Of a stretch of 49,410 bases of DNA, positions 22,387-44,500 are shown piece by piece. Within the stretch, counting starts at the first letter, position 1. Every line of letters begins with the position of its first letter. A program made the translations under genes and the position numbers. The DNA lies in NCBI GenBank assembly GCA_013115145.1, contig JAAPAO010000229.1, forward strand, positions 1 through 49,410. Direction: 5' to 3'. The stretch comes from Perkinsus chesapeaki ATCC PRA-425. Taxonomy: Eukaryota; Protista; Perkinsozoa. The notes beneath the pieces were generated by a model, which was not told the origin of the DNA, did no database searches, and saw only the letters and a program-made list of their open reading frames with translations.

Positions 22387-23207
22387 AGGTTAAGAAACGC
22401 AGTGCCAACTAAAACAACAGAGAATAACAAACCAAAGGCAGATAGTTAACTATATGAAGAACGAAGACCCTTCCTTAGGCAGTAAAAACCTCCAAAAGAC
22501 AGAGCGGCACAGCTCTTAAGCTCGGACACAAAAAGAGACAATGCTGGCCTGAGCCTATGTTACTAATTCACTACGCATGATAAGTAACTAGCCACAGGCT
22601 ATCCCTAGCCTAGCTCCACCATGATTCTTGATTCAATATGTCAATCTCCTTAATTATGCCTACACAAGTAACCAATCTCCTCCTAAGTGTTTGCACACCT
22701 TCCAGCTTTCGGGCGAGCGCGAATGACCGCTGTAGATGCACGCAAACCCTTTTTGTGCTTTGTCTGCGATCACACTGTGATTATGACAGGAGTAATACTT
22801 TTACAACTAAAAGTCGTTAATGCGAAGAAACATGAACTTCGTCATCGTTAAGGTGAAGCTCATTCCCTTATTCTCCACTAGCATTCACTCAGCGAAAGAT
22901 ACATAGCGTGAAGGCTTAGGATCCTGACACAAAAAATGGGGGAATTATTCCGACCATTGATCAACTTCTACAACGCAACTCCACTTCCCTGGATTATCGT
23001 CATTCACAGTACACAGACGTATGCCCAGCAAATGTGATGTACAGAAGAAGCGCTTCCGCAAGACTGTACGATGACCATGAGGCGAAGACTGGAATGAACG
23101 ATATGGGGCTGCTACCTTCACGATATAAACATAGACTGTTATTTATCTATTATGGAGTACGAAAAAATCTAAATAATGGCACAATGTGTACACAGATGAA
23201 GATTCAC

Positions 23208-28847
<5,640 letters not shown>

Positions 28848-29207
28848 ACGAAGCAAAATAACTAGGCAACTTATTAAACCTTACAAAAGCTCGTCCTATT
28901 TATACACCACTGCCGCTAGAATGAACGACACATTCGGCGTGGGACACTCGATGGAAGTAGCGCACGCCCAGAAACTCCTTGATCGAAGCACTTGAGAGAC
29001 GGGGACTACGGAAAGTGAGGGTCGATGGACATACTGCACAGATGCTAATATGATGCGAGTTGGGATGATCGATTTGCGCAACATGGGATTAAATTCGACC
29101 TTTACCGTATCTTGCACGCTTCAACCTTGGACGTAAGATATCTTGCGCTGCAGACAACCACGGTGCAATATCTCTATTACATTACCAAAAGCCACGATTG
29201 CTGTTTT

Positions 29208-31104
29208 ATGCCAGCAACGACACAACCTTCGTCTTTGAAGTATAACGACTATGAAGATCCCTTGAAGGTAGCAAACTTGCTCCTGGTTTCGCCAGTGCAA
29301 CACCCATCGCCTCAGGAGTCTTTATCTGAACCATTGCTTGCTGCTGATGATGATGAAGGGCGGCGTTCTACACCTTCAGGCGAAACATCTCATCTGAACT
29401 CCTCTCGGGCGTGTATTATCGTGTGTAAGTTGGAACCTTGAGAGGTTTGATTCACACATTTGAAGGTCTGTTCACATTTCTATTGGCATTTAAACCAAGC
29501 CAGCCTCACATGGCACAGTACTTACGACAAGTTAAAGGTTTCTCACAGGGCGACATCGTCCACTACATATTCCCTATTGCAGCGTAAGATCCTGCCAGCT
29601 CTATAAACAAGTACATCTCTCTTGTTAGTTACGCTCAATTTGTCTTTGTTATCTTACAAGGTTACATTTGTGAATTCCTCGGGTAAGTATCCTTGGTGAA
29701 ACTCAAGGCAGTGAGGCATCAGATATAAATATGCCATCATCATGGGAGCTGCTGGAAGATTGTGTACTCGTCTCTGCATGCTCTATGGCACGGAAATATG
29801 GCACTTTCAGCTCAGTGAGATTTGCTACAGTAAGATGGCCGCATGGTGGCGCTCTACTCGACATCGCGGCCATTAGGCATGGGCTCGGCCATGTTGATTG
29901 TATTTGGCGGTTATATATTCAATTTGGTAACCAAAGAGAACTATCAAAGGATAATAGCCTTACAACAAATGGCCACCCTCGGGGGGCATGTAAAGCATCT
30001 TCTTCACACTTCCTTATCATCATCTTACAGGTCTCAGCTGGATATGTTGGTGACATCCTTATTAATGTATTCAACTGTGACTTAATCGTCTTGATGTACA
30101 TCTCCGCAAGTAATAGTTACACTCTGCCTCCTAGCAATTGGTTTCCTTCCAGTATCGGTAACCTCTGGCTTTCTCTTATCGTTCTCCTTCCCTGAAGTAT
30201 CCTATACCAAGACTCCATCCCTAGTGAAGGTGTTCCGTTCAGTTAAGCGTGTATACTCCAATCCAGTATTCCTGCTCATGGTAAGACTTCCCCCGTCTAG
30301 ATCTCATTTATCGTTATATCAGTTGATGCTATGGTGTGTGCTCACATCTGTCCACTCACTCGTATGGGGCTACGAGACGTCCCTTTACGACTATCTGAAA
30401 GTTGAGCAACATTACGTTGGAGACTATAACGGTGTAGTGGCCAGCAGCGGCGTCCTCCTAGGTAGGTCCTCTCACCCTCCCCCCTACACCATGCCTCATC
30501 AGGTGCCCTCTGTGCAATGTTGTCGAATAACCCTTGGGTACTTGCCCAGCATATGACCTATCCTCACCGTTCCATGCTTCTCGAGGGAGCTGCCATAGGA
30601 GTATGCATCTTCCTAATGGGCCAGCCCTACATCGCCACCCTCAGTATTGGTTTTATATTATACTTTGGTACATATACCATCATGAACACTTCATTTATCG
30701 GGCACTGTGGAAGTAGCCAAGACCCTCGCAGATACATAGCTGTGACTTCCCCATTCTAGGATTCGGTGCATCCATCGAAGATGTCCCCTCTACAGCTCCA
30801 AAAGCCAGCAATGGCGGCGGTCACTTTGCAGCTCTTTTCACGGCCAATTTCCTCCTCTCACAATCTCTCCAAACAATACTAACTTGGCTAATCTACTCCC
30901 AACTAAAGCTCGATGTAATCCTCCTGTATGATCTACATGTCCTGCTGCACCATCCCTTCCACAGGTTCGTCAAGCTTGCCTGTGCATGTCGGTATACATT
31001 GGTGTGTCCATAGCCCTGGCCGCTGGGGCCGCTACGATAATGTAATCCTTGTTGATGCTCCTATATACTGTCTCTATTTCAGATACGCCACTAGGCGGCG
31101 ATGA
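29208..31104 (+). CDS. SLC19-family MFS transporter (reduced folate carrier / thiamine transporter-like), multi-exon
   Basis: Spliced product ...ACIIVCLFTFLLAFKPSQPHMAQYLRQVKGFSQGDIVHYIFPIAAYAQFVFVILQGYICEFLGYKYAIIMG...FQLSEICYSMGSAMLIVFGGYIFNLVTKENYQRI...DYNGVV...YATRRR*. It parallels SLC19 hallmarks as I recall them: RP.E.F...YL, YSYL...VFLLTDYLRY.PV, MQL.E.FY, YIFSLV....YQR, YNG.VEA. Confidence 0.85.
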
Positions 31105-31303
31105 TACTTCTTAATGTCTTTTCAATGCAACATTGCGAACTACTGTCTTCTTATTAACATGTGTTTGTTTATAAGTTAACAACTCATCTCCATGGAGGAT
31201 TTGAAACAGTATTTAATACGCTCATTCATCAATCGATCAACTCACTTCACTGCAGAGTATACCTGCAGTTGATGCATAATTACGTGGCGCGCGAGAATTA
31301 TCC

Positions 31304-32404
31304 TTACGGTATCTTATCAGCGTAGAGGCACTTCTCTGAGACTTCCTTCTCTGTTACAGTTGTAACACGAATCACGCCACCAGAGGAGCCATCACGAGCC
31401 ATGGCATGGGCGACAGCCTTCGCCACGAAATCCTAAACTAATCGATAACACCAAGTAGTAGCAGCAGGCGGTTGGTGACCTCAGCCTCCTCTCTGTTCAT
31501 GTCTGGACGATAAAGGTGATCCACTAGACCAGTGATATAGGTAGAACTGAGGAGGACGGGCAAATGATGGGAGAGCTGAGAAGAGCGGGGCCTACCCAGA
31601 GCCACCAGTGGCGATATCCTGCTTAAGGATGGTACCACCGAGCGGAATAGAATATACCTGTTGTCGATGATGATGATATAACAACGCTTGTGAGATATGT
31701 TACCTGAGGGCCCTCGGTCTGGTCCCAACCAGCCACGATAAGGCCAGCAGTAAGGAACTGTTTATTGTTGTAGGAGAGGAGCCTCATAAGATTGGCAGCT
31801 GTCTTGACCTTTGGTAGACGATCCAAAGGGAGATCATTCGAATGAGCATTAAGGAAGTACTTAACCTTTGAGCTCAGAGACTGAACAACATAAATAGCAA
31901 CATTCTATCAAGAGATAACGTACTTGAGTATCAGCTGCTGAACCACTGCGGCATACAAATATCCTATCATGAAGTCGAGTTACCTTACGGCTAACTCTAT
32001 TGGCAACATAACCACCTGCAATAACAACAACAACTGTTATCATCACAGCAGCAGCAGCAGTGGGCTGATGGAGGAGACCTACCAGTACTGGTCCTTGAAT
32101 CAGCTCCGAGGATTACACCATCCTTGAACTTCATGGCCATAATGGTCGTACCTATACCATACTGTAGACGAAGGATGCTGTTGTTGCTGCTGCCTACCTG
32201 TCTGGATGCCCTTAGCTGGGCCGTTGTCTGAATATCCCATATACTGCATCAGATCATCAATCTCATCATCGTTATTTTCAACAACTCCAGCGACTCTGAA
32301 GAGGAGGCCACCACTCGACTGGTCAAAGCAGCGACGATAACTTACCCCATATCCCCAGCATGCTGCTGTTTAGCGAACTGTTGCTCCGCGATAAAGGTGG
32401 CCAT
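31304..32404 (-). CDS. PSMB6: 20S proteasome subunit beta 1 (multi-exon)
   Basis: Propeptide, then G|[53 protein letters not shown], later GGSGSSYITG and [13 protein letters not shown], ending YADKIP*. Confidence 0.93.
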
Positions 32405-32518
32405 TATTTTTGATAGAAAAAACAACAATGAGATTTACTAACCAACCACACTAGATACCATAGCAACACTACCATATCAGATAGGATAATGTACTGAACA
32501 CATTTTAGAAACATATAG

Positions 32519-33316
32519 TCAAATAGCGCCCTCCTCTCGACGGCACTTGAACACTATGAATTCACCACCACCCTCACAAGGCCACACACTGCGGCCTGAC
32601 ACTTCAACTCCGCTAGGAAACGTCACCGTTTCCTCTTCAATGAGGAATCTCTTCGCCATCATAGCTCGTTTAAAATCATCCCGTGCCATGTTCTCATCCA
32701 GTCTGTCCATAGGGGCCACTAGAATGCCTGTACCGGTCCCGGTAAGGCACTCATCCAAGGCTACAGCGAGGCGGCGAGCCCCTTCTAGGGAATAAAACAG
32801 GTCGCTACCGATGACCAGATCGAACCGTTGCTGACCAGGGCATGGGTCCACACCCCATAACAGACGCTGGACAGTCGGTTTGGCCCCACAAGGAGAAGCG
32901 GGCAAATCAGCTACATTGTGTTTTAGATTCTTCACAGTGCGGTCATTGCCATCAGTAAGCACTATTCTAGAAGGAGCCAGATAGGCCGAGGCAGCCAAAC
33001 CAGCCACACCACAGCCAGAGCCAAGCTCCAAGATAGACAAGTTAGAGGGAAGGTCGAGGGAAAGAAGGTACCTGTGGGAAAGGGAACTGCAGGGGAGGCG
33101 AGCCAGAAGGCATACATTACCGTGCAAGGACTATGCCAGATTCCCATAATCGAAGGCCACACTGGGAATCCTGGAAAATATCACTACAGCGAAGATTGAG
33201 GACCTATCGAGAGAGATAGACGATTACGTGACCTCAGCCAACGGTACATGTGACTGGCCAAGATCCACTTCTCGGAGCTCTGGTTCTATTCGGTCTCCTC
33301 GGACATGTGACATCAT
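32519..33316 (-). CDS. Family-16 (METTL21/METTL23-like) SAM-dependent protein lysine methyltransferase
   Basis: GLRLWESGIVLAR, ILELGSGCGVAGL, IVLTDGN, LLWG and FDLVIGSDLFY motifs. The two 5' exons were reconstructed manually. Confidence 0.88.
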
Positions 33317-33469
33317 AAAATACTATCAAAAGTATTAATGCTTTATGAAGATAAACACAATGCCCAAATTGTGATCGAATAACACTCATAACTATGCAAC
33401 TAATGGTGGTGGTGGTGGTTTATACGTCTAGGGGTGGTGTTAAAGTGTCGTAGTACTAGTAGTATTCTT

Positions 33470-35916
<2,447 letters not shown>

Positions 35917-35996
35917 TTAACACTATACAATACAGTCTCATAGAGTCCCTCCCATCCACAACAACGAGAATTAAGGTAGGAAACTAATATTTACGG

Positions 35997-36696
35997 TTAC
36001 GTTTTCGAAGGTGCTTTCACCTCCTCCTCCAAGTCACCTTCCGCTTCCGCTGGTCGCCCTCGGAAGGTTCGAGCCAGATGCCTGAAGTCGCCATAGCCTT
36101 TTAACCCACACCTTCCTCTCACCTAAACTCCTTATCCTCTTCGGTAACATCCTCCTCTTCCTCTACCTCCCTCATTTGCTGTACAGCAGCTGCTGTGGGT
36201 GTAGTAGTTGCTAAGGTAACAGCAGTCGTAAGAATGACTATATTGTGTGGTAGTAGTACTCTCCTCATCAGAGGCACCTTCAGCCTTCCTTATCTCCGCT
36301 TGCATTAACCGCAAAAGGCATTGCTCCGTCTGTTTACTCAAATGACCTAATAGTCATGTAATAGCCCGACTGTAAAGGTCGACACAACGTCCTGTCCCCA
36401 TTTTAATAAAAAATAAAAACGCCTTCTCCGAGGATCGAACCCACGACCTACTCGTCCGTTCCGCATACATCCTTCTCAAATCCCAATTAGGACGTCGTGG
36501 CAGAATCGACGCTCGATTCTCCTACAAGGCAAATGAACCTCTCCACATCATCATCCATCAGTACCTCTATTTGAGCATAGTCCATCACCCTATCCAATTC
36601 AGCATTCAGTTCCTCTTCTATTGGCTCTGCTGACACTTGTTCCTTCTTCAAGTCCTTCAAGGACTCTGCCATTGGAGTGTAGGATTGGAACCTCAT
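35997..36696 (-). CDS. CCDC12: CCDC12/Cwf18 pre-mRNA splicing factor (3' end approximate)
   Basis: Splicing gives MRFQSYTPMAESLK...AQIE|ENRASILPRRPNWDLRRMYAERT|SHLSKQTEQCLLRLMQAEIRK. This matches the cwf18 pattern F+NY.P ... P++P.WDL+R ... L.++T..AI..L. It is not visible as one ORF in the track. Confidence 0.78.
36421..36451 (-). other. Degenerate tRNA 3'-half-like sequence (B-box) followed by a T-run, inside a CCDC12 intron
   Basis: Minus strand GTAGGTCGTGGGTTCGATCCTCGGAGAAGGC then GTTTTTATTTTTT. The GGTTCGATCC box is perfect and the T-stem imperfect; no matching 5' half was found. Confidence 0.3.
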
Positions 36697-36795
36697 TCAC
36701 GGAACCAGAAGCGGAAGAGGCAGCACTACGAAGATCAAATCTTTTCTACCCAACACAACCCCATCACAACCCTGGTAAAATATAACAGAAATACA

Positions 36796-39700
36796 TTATC
36801 GAGTGGGTGGAGGAGGAGGACGATTGCCTGCTTCCAATGCTTTTGATAACTTAGTTACTATCGGGTCCTCATTAGCTTTCTCTCTCGCTGTCGATGACGT
36901 GGTATCCAACAGCACCTGAAGGTAGTCACCATATCTCCCAAGTTGCTCAAGTGTATCTTGTCCTTTTACTACATCCGTAGCATGTATCCACCTCCTCAAT
37001 TCCTCCGCCTCCGGCATCTCCTCATCTGCTCGGCAGCCATTCCATAATGACAGTATAATCTTCAGTGAGTAACTAACATCAATAACACCTCCCCCTTATA
37101 CCCCACCTCACTTTAGATCAGCATTCATTTGCCTAAGTCCAGGCCTCGTCAGTGCATCTATACCATCAACTGAGGATATAACAGCCTGAGCTGCTCGCCG
37201 GAACACTGCTGGCACCCATTGAGATCGAAGGACCTGATTAGGCGAGGAGGTAAAGAAGATCAAGAAGGGGGAATCGACCGCTCATGACAGTCAGACCAAA
37301 CAGGAGTGATTGTCGAGGAAAGACTCTCCCAGTGGCCTCCTCCTCCAACTTATAATAATTCCACTTATACAGCCTCTGATTGCCTTCAGAGTGAAAAGCT
37401 AACAACATGCGACTAAGGCTTTATAAAGCGTTTCTGTGGCGGATGGAAAAATAAATATTATCCATATATACATTAAAGTAGCGGAACAAGATAAGAATGG
37501 AGTTAAAGTAATTACATAGAAGAAGTCCTCTGGTAACAATCCTCTATAGTGAGTGGTTACCATCCCTCCTCCAACTACTCACATCATCCCCTCCTCCTCC
37601 TTTCTCTGTCTCTTTACTTAGATAAGGCACATAAAGGAATAAATGCTCGGATAAAGCAGTAACAGGTGTTGAAGGCATCACCACACTTTGGGACGCCATA
37701 CCACTCCCTTCCTTTCGTGTCCACACAGACTGTGAACCTACACACAGCAATTGTCCCTGGTTCCCAGTGGACCGGTGTTACCGTAGTTCCTGAGAATCCT
37801 CTTACTAATAGGAGAACAAAGCCCTTCTACTATAAGCTTCTCAACACGTTGGCATACCTAAGTTCCAAATGCACTTCTGTCATCCAGTTTAATAATTGCT
37901 ATGGTGTAATCATTATTTTGCTGAGCACCTAATCTTGTCCATTATGTTATAAATTGGTTATCACTGACTGGATCTTATCCAGTCATAACAATATTCCAAA
38001 CCTTTACAGCCATTAGTGTCCTCCCAAATATATATTCTAATATAATAAAATGTCTATATATAATATAACAGTAATGAATATATAATGTACAACTTCAAGA
38101 GAAGGCCAGCCACGGTTGCCAGCCACTCCCGTCCTCCTCCCAGTGTGGTAACGGTCAGAGGTCCTCATTAGATTATATACATTAAACAACCCGAGTATTA
38201 TAGATAGCCCAGAACCCAAGCTACTTCATCCACTGCTGCTGCTGCATCATCATCCCCATCTGCCACAGTATTGCCAATACAAGGCAGTATGGCCACCACA
38301 GAGGCATCCTCTCCTTCCCCTCTCAAGGCCCTCTCACTAGCCTTCCCAGCAACACTCTCAACTTGACTATTGAATTCCTCAGCTCCAGCACGAAGTGACT
38401 GCACACTCTGATTGATTGACCTGATTCACCCCACCCCTTCCACCTTTCCCTCTTTCACCAGACATCCTACCGACAGTTCACCAACAGCGTTGATAGATCA
38501 GCATTATAGTCTCCCTGCTGTGTATAGGTCTTGAAGACCTTCGATACCATACTAGATATCGAACGGTTCACTGTAGTATACCAGAATGAGCCATATCTAA
38601 TACAAAAGTATGACCATCCACCATCACAGCGGCGGCGGCTCCTACAAAGTATCAACTTCCTTGACCCAAAGTGGAGCCAGAGCATCTGCTGGTAAGGACG
38701 ACTCCAACTGCAATGTACCAGACTTCAGTACTGCTGCCTGATACCTGAGCAGTGATTACTATCGCCGTCCAATGCCTCTATGAGATACTGTTCACAGCAA
38801 TAATCTACTAAACACGTTGAGTCATCTTTACGTACAGATTTCCTATTGCATGTCGGTCGGTGGTACTATACAACATAAAACCATACCGTATCAGTCCACT
38901 ATATAAAGAATCGTCACTACATTAGTAGACTAGGAGGAGCTCTACACTAGATACACTCTACTTCATCATCATAACTTTGGCTTACTTCATCACTCTTGTC
39001 TCAAGTGATATAAGACCATCCCCAAGACTCTGTGTACTCCTCCTTTTCTCTTCTTCTTCTATCTCCTCCTCGCTACTCAATGGATATCCCAGACCTCCAC
39101 CAGCCGCCTCCTCAGATGGCAGGAACAACCCAGGTACCAAACTCTCGACAAGCTTACTGTCCAATAGCTTTTCAGAACATATCCGTTCCCACCTCAACAG
39201 AAATGACGACAACTCCGTCACGCGCCATGAAATTCATTGCCTACTCGTCCTCTTCAAAGTGCATCTTTCTCTTGAGATGGTTGAACCCTCTCATGAGGGA
39301 ATGCAGGAACCTTTTTGGGCGATCAGGCAGAGAGTTGCAACTTGGCGCCCATGGGCCAAACAACTGACAAACGACCACCGCTGCGGTATACACCACGATT
39401 TCATCAGAACGGCAATCCTAAGTCGAGGCGTTGTTTATATAGTAACTATAATGTAGTGATAGAAAATGCATAATATCATACTTTATACAGTTATCTATCA
39501 AATACATACTGTATAATACAGTAGTAATTGGGCACAGTAAACATATAGGAAAATATATATAATATAATAGCGTAGCTCTATGCAACACGACCAAGCAGCG
39601 TAGGCGGAGGAGGAGGACGAGCTATTACTAACAACGGGTGTCGATTGCACTACAACCACGCCGCTGCCTATTATCCCCTCTGTCATCGGGGAGCCCTAGT

Positions 39701-41400
39701 AAACCGAATGGGTAATGTTGTTGATATACACCCATCACACCCCCTTCTATATTACCTCCTTCATAGCCGAATATATACATTTCCTCATCAACAAGCCAGC
39801 TCCATCTGGTACTGATGCCAATGTCTCCAGTCGTTCCTGTAGTGCTTCCGCCAATGCATGGAAGAATCCAGTCCTATAAATCCACCATCACCCCCCTCCA
39901 CCATACCATCATCTAACCTACACTCCATCATCATCATCCTTATCACCCCCTTCCTCTTCACTTTCCGATAACACTTCAACCATGCCTTCCTCATTTCCAC
40001 CAGAAGTGCTTGACGACGATTGCATCTGAACAGAGAGAGGGCTCCTCTGCCGTGTTGGAATATCTTTTCCCAGTTAAGCAGCTGCATTTCCATGTCCCCA
40101 ATTAATGCCCTTTAATGCTACGAAATGATCATGCTGGCGAGCCTAATTTCTCTCAACTTCCCTCGCCCGCCCTTCAACAGCGTAGCCAATGCCTATCCCA
40201 GCGTTCCTCATCCTCCTCCTCCATGCTACCGTGGCATTCCACTTCCGTTGGACCACAGTATTCATCGCCGCACAGACAGCTTCATTGAACTCCTCCAAAG
40301 GCTTCCCCTCTCCAACACTACTATTATCAATATACGCCTACACAGGTATCGTTGCCAACCTGTAAAGTATCTTTCTATTACATCATAGCACACCCTAAGC
40401 TGCTTGGGATTGCACCTGTCGATCGCCGAACCGACTTTCCTGACCAAACAGATGCTCCACTTTCATGGTGAGTATTTTCCTACCTTCTTACTTCCCTCTG
40501 TAAGCTCACTTCCATCGCTTCTATTTGTTCACATCGATCCTCGTAGTCCGGCAGCATCTTCAACCCGCCATTCAAAGCCTCTTTAACTTCACTCATCTTC
40601 CCTTTAAATTCAGTGAACTCCCCACTATGTAGGAGACTATCCAATTCTTGTATCTAGAAAGATACAAAATAGCTCAGAATGCCAACCTCCCTCTTACCCT
40701 CTTATCCCAATTGTAAGCCTCTCCCAATGCCGTCCTCGCCGCCTGTAGCTTCTCCTTACCAGCATCGACCTTTGATATGAACAGCAACGTCTGCCTCTGC
40801 TCCTCCTTATCTTTGCTTTCCAACTCTCCTATCAACTTAGATAGCCTATCCTCTCCATTTTTAACATCGACCTTCATCGATGCCAAATCATGTGTAATAG
40901 CCGGCAGTGAGGACATGAGCTGTGAACTCTGGCTATCTATCATCACCGAACTCTCTTGGATTAATGCATTCAAATTGGAATCTGATAACGACAGCAGCAT
41001 CCAAGAATCACTAAGGAAAGCAGCGACAAAGCGGTAAGGCCTATTGGGTAATATATTCCGTATAGCTCCTTCAACATTCCCATATCTCCTACGGACCTAG
41101 TACTACTGGAACTCATTATAAGCCAACTATAAGAAGAAGGCAGAAGGTTAATATCCGATTAACCACCACCACCTACTACTGTGGGTCTGGTGGTACTATA
41201 TAGCTACTTACTGCCCATTGCATACTCAATTTGGCCAGTGTAGCATCCATACTGGCATCTTTCCCTGCCTTCCCCAATTCCCCCATCAGCCACTGTACAG
41301 GGTCAAAATCCTGCGCTGAGCCCTTCTGCTCTCCGAGGCTTGATGCCAGCTCATGCATCATCACTTCCCTCGACGATGATGGCTTTGCCGAGATCGTCAT
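36796..41400 (-). CDS. COG7: Conserved oligomeric Golgi complex subunit 7 (multi-exon; start 41400 or 41361, end approximate)
   Basis: N-terminal AQDFDPVQWL..., LMSSLPAITHDLASMK and VDAGKEKLQAARTALGEAYNW resemble COG7 DFDVKEWIN, MPKVLRDVEALK and [21 protein letters not shown]. C-terminal SQWVPAVFRRAAQAVISSVDGIDALTRPGLRQMNADLK resembles WLGSIA...ILQIPEL....AKQLATDI. Middle exons were only partly traced. Confidence 0.75.
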
Positions 41401-41545
41401 TATAAAAAGCCACAACCTGCATTAGCTCCTCACAGCTGCATAAAGTGCTGCTAAGATGTAACCATCCACAATCTTCGGATTTCAATGCTCACCTTCGAGC
41501 AGCTCAACAACAAATGAAGAGAAACTAATCACTTAACAACACTCA

Positions 41546-44500
41546 CTATTCTTGTCGCCTCTTATATAGGTAGATGTATCCAAGGTCGAAGGGAGGATCA
41601 GCGCTGATTGCCACTTTCTCATCGTTAAAAATAACCCATTTCTTAGGGCCTCCTCCTGGTGTGACCTCCTTTAACATATGACACACATAATGGCCATGGG
41701 ACACATTACGGCCAACATGGCTGATAAAGCCTATAAGATCATATACCCCCTTCCCATCATGCTCGAACAGCCTGCTCTCATTAGATGCCCTAAATAAGCC
41801 ATACCACCACCATCATCATCATCTCCACATTGCTCAATCTTACCCCCCAACAGCAGCCCTCTGCTGCTGTTGTTGTCCCTCAGCCACCTCAACACCTTCC
41901 ACAGCAGCATCAAGATCATCAGTACGAGAGAATAGCCAATCCGCAGCTAATAAAGCCGATACACCTCACTCAAGCTGGTAGTACTACCCCTCTCAACGTT
42001 GTTGCCAGTGGCCTTCATGGCAGCCTTAGCCTGGCGATCAGTAAAGCCCATCGAGGTTAACATTATAAGACTATCTGAATCCACTGTGGCCCCCTCCTCC
42101 GCTGTCGTTTCAGCGTTGGTTGGTGTTGGTGGGTCATCCAAATGCTCCATTAACCATGAGGCAGCTGCGTCAGCTGAACTAAAGAGGATATGCATTATAC
42201 ATAATCCAATCAATTAGGCAGAGCTCAGCAGCAGCAGCAGCCCTCGCCCCCGCCGACACCACAATGCCCTCTCTATTACCTATTCCCAACCTTCAAGCAA
42301 GCTCTCTTAGACCTATCCTCATCAAAGCCCATAGACATCAGCATCACCATTATCTCTGCATCAGGCTCGGCTTGCTGCTCAGATGCTACCGCCGGTGAGA
42401 CTGCTGCTGCTGCTGAGGAATCTGGCATCGCCTTCTCCCCTTCCTGAAGGCCTGGGCTTCTGTTATGGTACTTCTCCAGGTTTAATTCCATTGGCATCGG
42501 CACCGAACAATTCAATTTGGCCAGTTGCCAGGAGGAATCCACATAGTATCTTAGGTTGAAGCAATGAATCACAACCAAAAGCTTGAATACCTCGAAACTT
42601 GTATCAAAAGATACTCCGGCATCGTGAGGAAGGTAAAGTTCTTCAGCGCTGTCACAACCTCGCCATTCTGATAGAAAAACAGGTAAATAACCGATTGTAC
42701 TGAGATAACCAGCTGAAAACCACTTATTGACGACCAGACACCCATTTTGTCCAGTTGCCCAAGTGCGAGGGAAAGAGGAAAATTCATCAACTGTGTGCAT
42801 TGTACTAGTCTAGAGCTTAGACAAGCTTTGCTCGTATTAACCCATGCTTTGGCTCTATCTACCAGCGCTGGGCTACGGAACCCCTCCACTTGTCCCGTTG
42901 CCATTGTCCTTCTTAAACACGCATCAAACGGTACAACTGGTGGAGGGGATTCCTTCTCATCCTTTTCGTCGTCTGTCGTCTTTAATCGCTTAGCTTCACC
43001 TATCACATACTAATACACCTCCTCATCGTCATCAACACTAGTACCCTCATCTTCATCAACTGCCTCACTGATGACTGGCACCATTGCATCATCCATACTA
43101 ACTATGAGAGGGAATAGACTCTCTCGACGAGTAGAGTACCTTAACAGACCAATACGGCAGGAAGAGTCACTCTATAGGCAACCAAACACCTAAATAACGT
43201 ATCTTATACCACACGATTCGGTTTGCGAACTTTGTGGCAGCAAGGCAGCCAAGGTAACATCAGACCACAGTAGAATTGAAATCTGTGCTCCTCTATGCCA
43301 CAGCAACCAAGCACTCTCATGAAACTTCCCTTTATAGACCTTCCCGAGCAACGTTGCCGAAAAACACACTTCAAAAAGTGTACATGGACCGCTAAGTATC
43401 CACAAAATCCATGATCGTCGTTGTGGCGATATAAACTAGCGTGTCTAGCCGTGAGCCGTGAAGTGCGGTGTACTTACTTAACTGTTCCCGATTTAGGGCA
43501 CTCTAACCTATCTTCCAATACATAACCAAAACGATCAGTACTATACCCCAGGCCATCATGGAAGCTATCATCAGTGGCCATCTCAGCTCTATTAAGCTTC
43601 TCCAAGAAATACAAAAGATACCTAAACCATAATATCACATCAACCCCTCACCACCACCCAGCTGATCAACCCTACTCTGCCGCGTCCTGCTGAGCTGATG
43701 ATGAGAAGTCTGGATGCCCCATACCAAAATGTTTCCGAAGGCTAACTGGCGCCACCATTCCTAATACCACTGAAGCTCATCCCCAAGCATATAGTTACCA
43801 TTGAACGGGTCCAGTTTCCTTTGCTCTTCCTCTTCCGGTATAGGTGGACAGTATCGATTGCCATTCAGAGCGTTCGCTAGCTTAGACACCTCCAATACAG
43901 TTCTTTGCGGTCTACCCTCATTTTCCAACTAAACAACAGCATCACTTGCCATATCAATCATCCCTTAGTACCGCTCCTTCGCCTGCCATTGCCCGCCTTA
44001 ATGCACCATCATCATCACGATACCTCCGACTTAGCGCATCCACACTACCTAAAGGAGGCAGCTCAGTCAACCACCCACAGCTATTTCCTACCGCTAAAGA
44101 CAAGCTGTAAAAAGCTGTTTATATAGCAGCTGTTGCCCAAGTTACGCAGGCCGACCATGCCTGGGCCACGGACTCTATCCAGCTCCTTCCCAGCCTCAGT
44201 GATCCGATCAAAGGCAAACTCCTTATTAAGCTCGACCTCCATCTCAGCCATTGACTTATCCGTCTTGGACATTTTCATCACATCAATTCCCCAATGAGCC
44301 AAATGAGCTGCCAATTGCCTAAAGCAACACACTACTATTGCTGCTGCTGCGGAGGGTTCCTTACGGATCGGTGACCATGCAATCCTCATCCTCAGCATAG
44401 GAGAATACATCAGCTCCATTAGGTGTTATAGTACCAAGTTTAACCACTAATGGATACACCTTACCATACTGCTGCTTCATATCAAGGTAATGCTCTAATG

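Noticed and set aside
36421-36495. Complete tRNA gene
   Set aside because: No A-box, D-arm, anticodon arm or complementary 5' acceptor strand is present, and the upstream sequence is CCDC12 coding exon.
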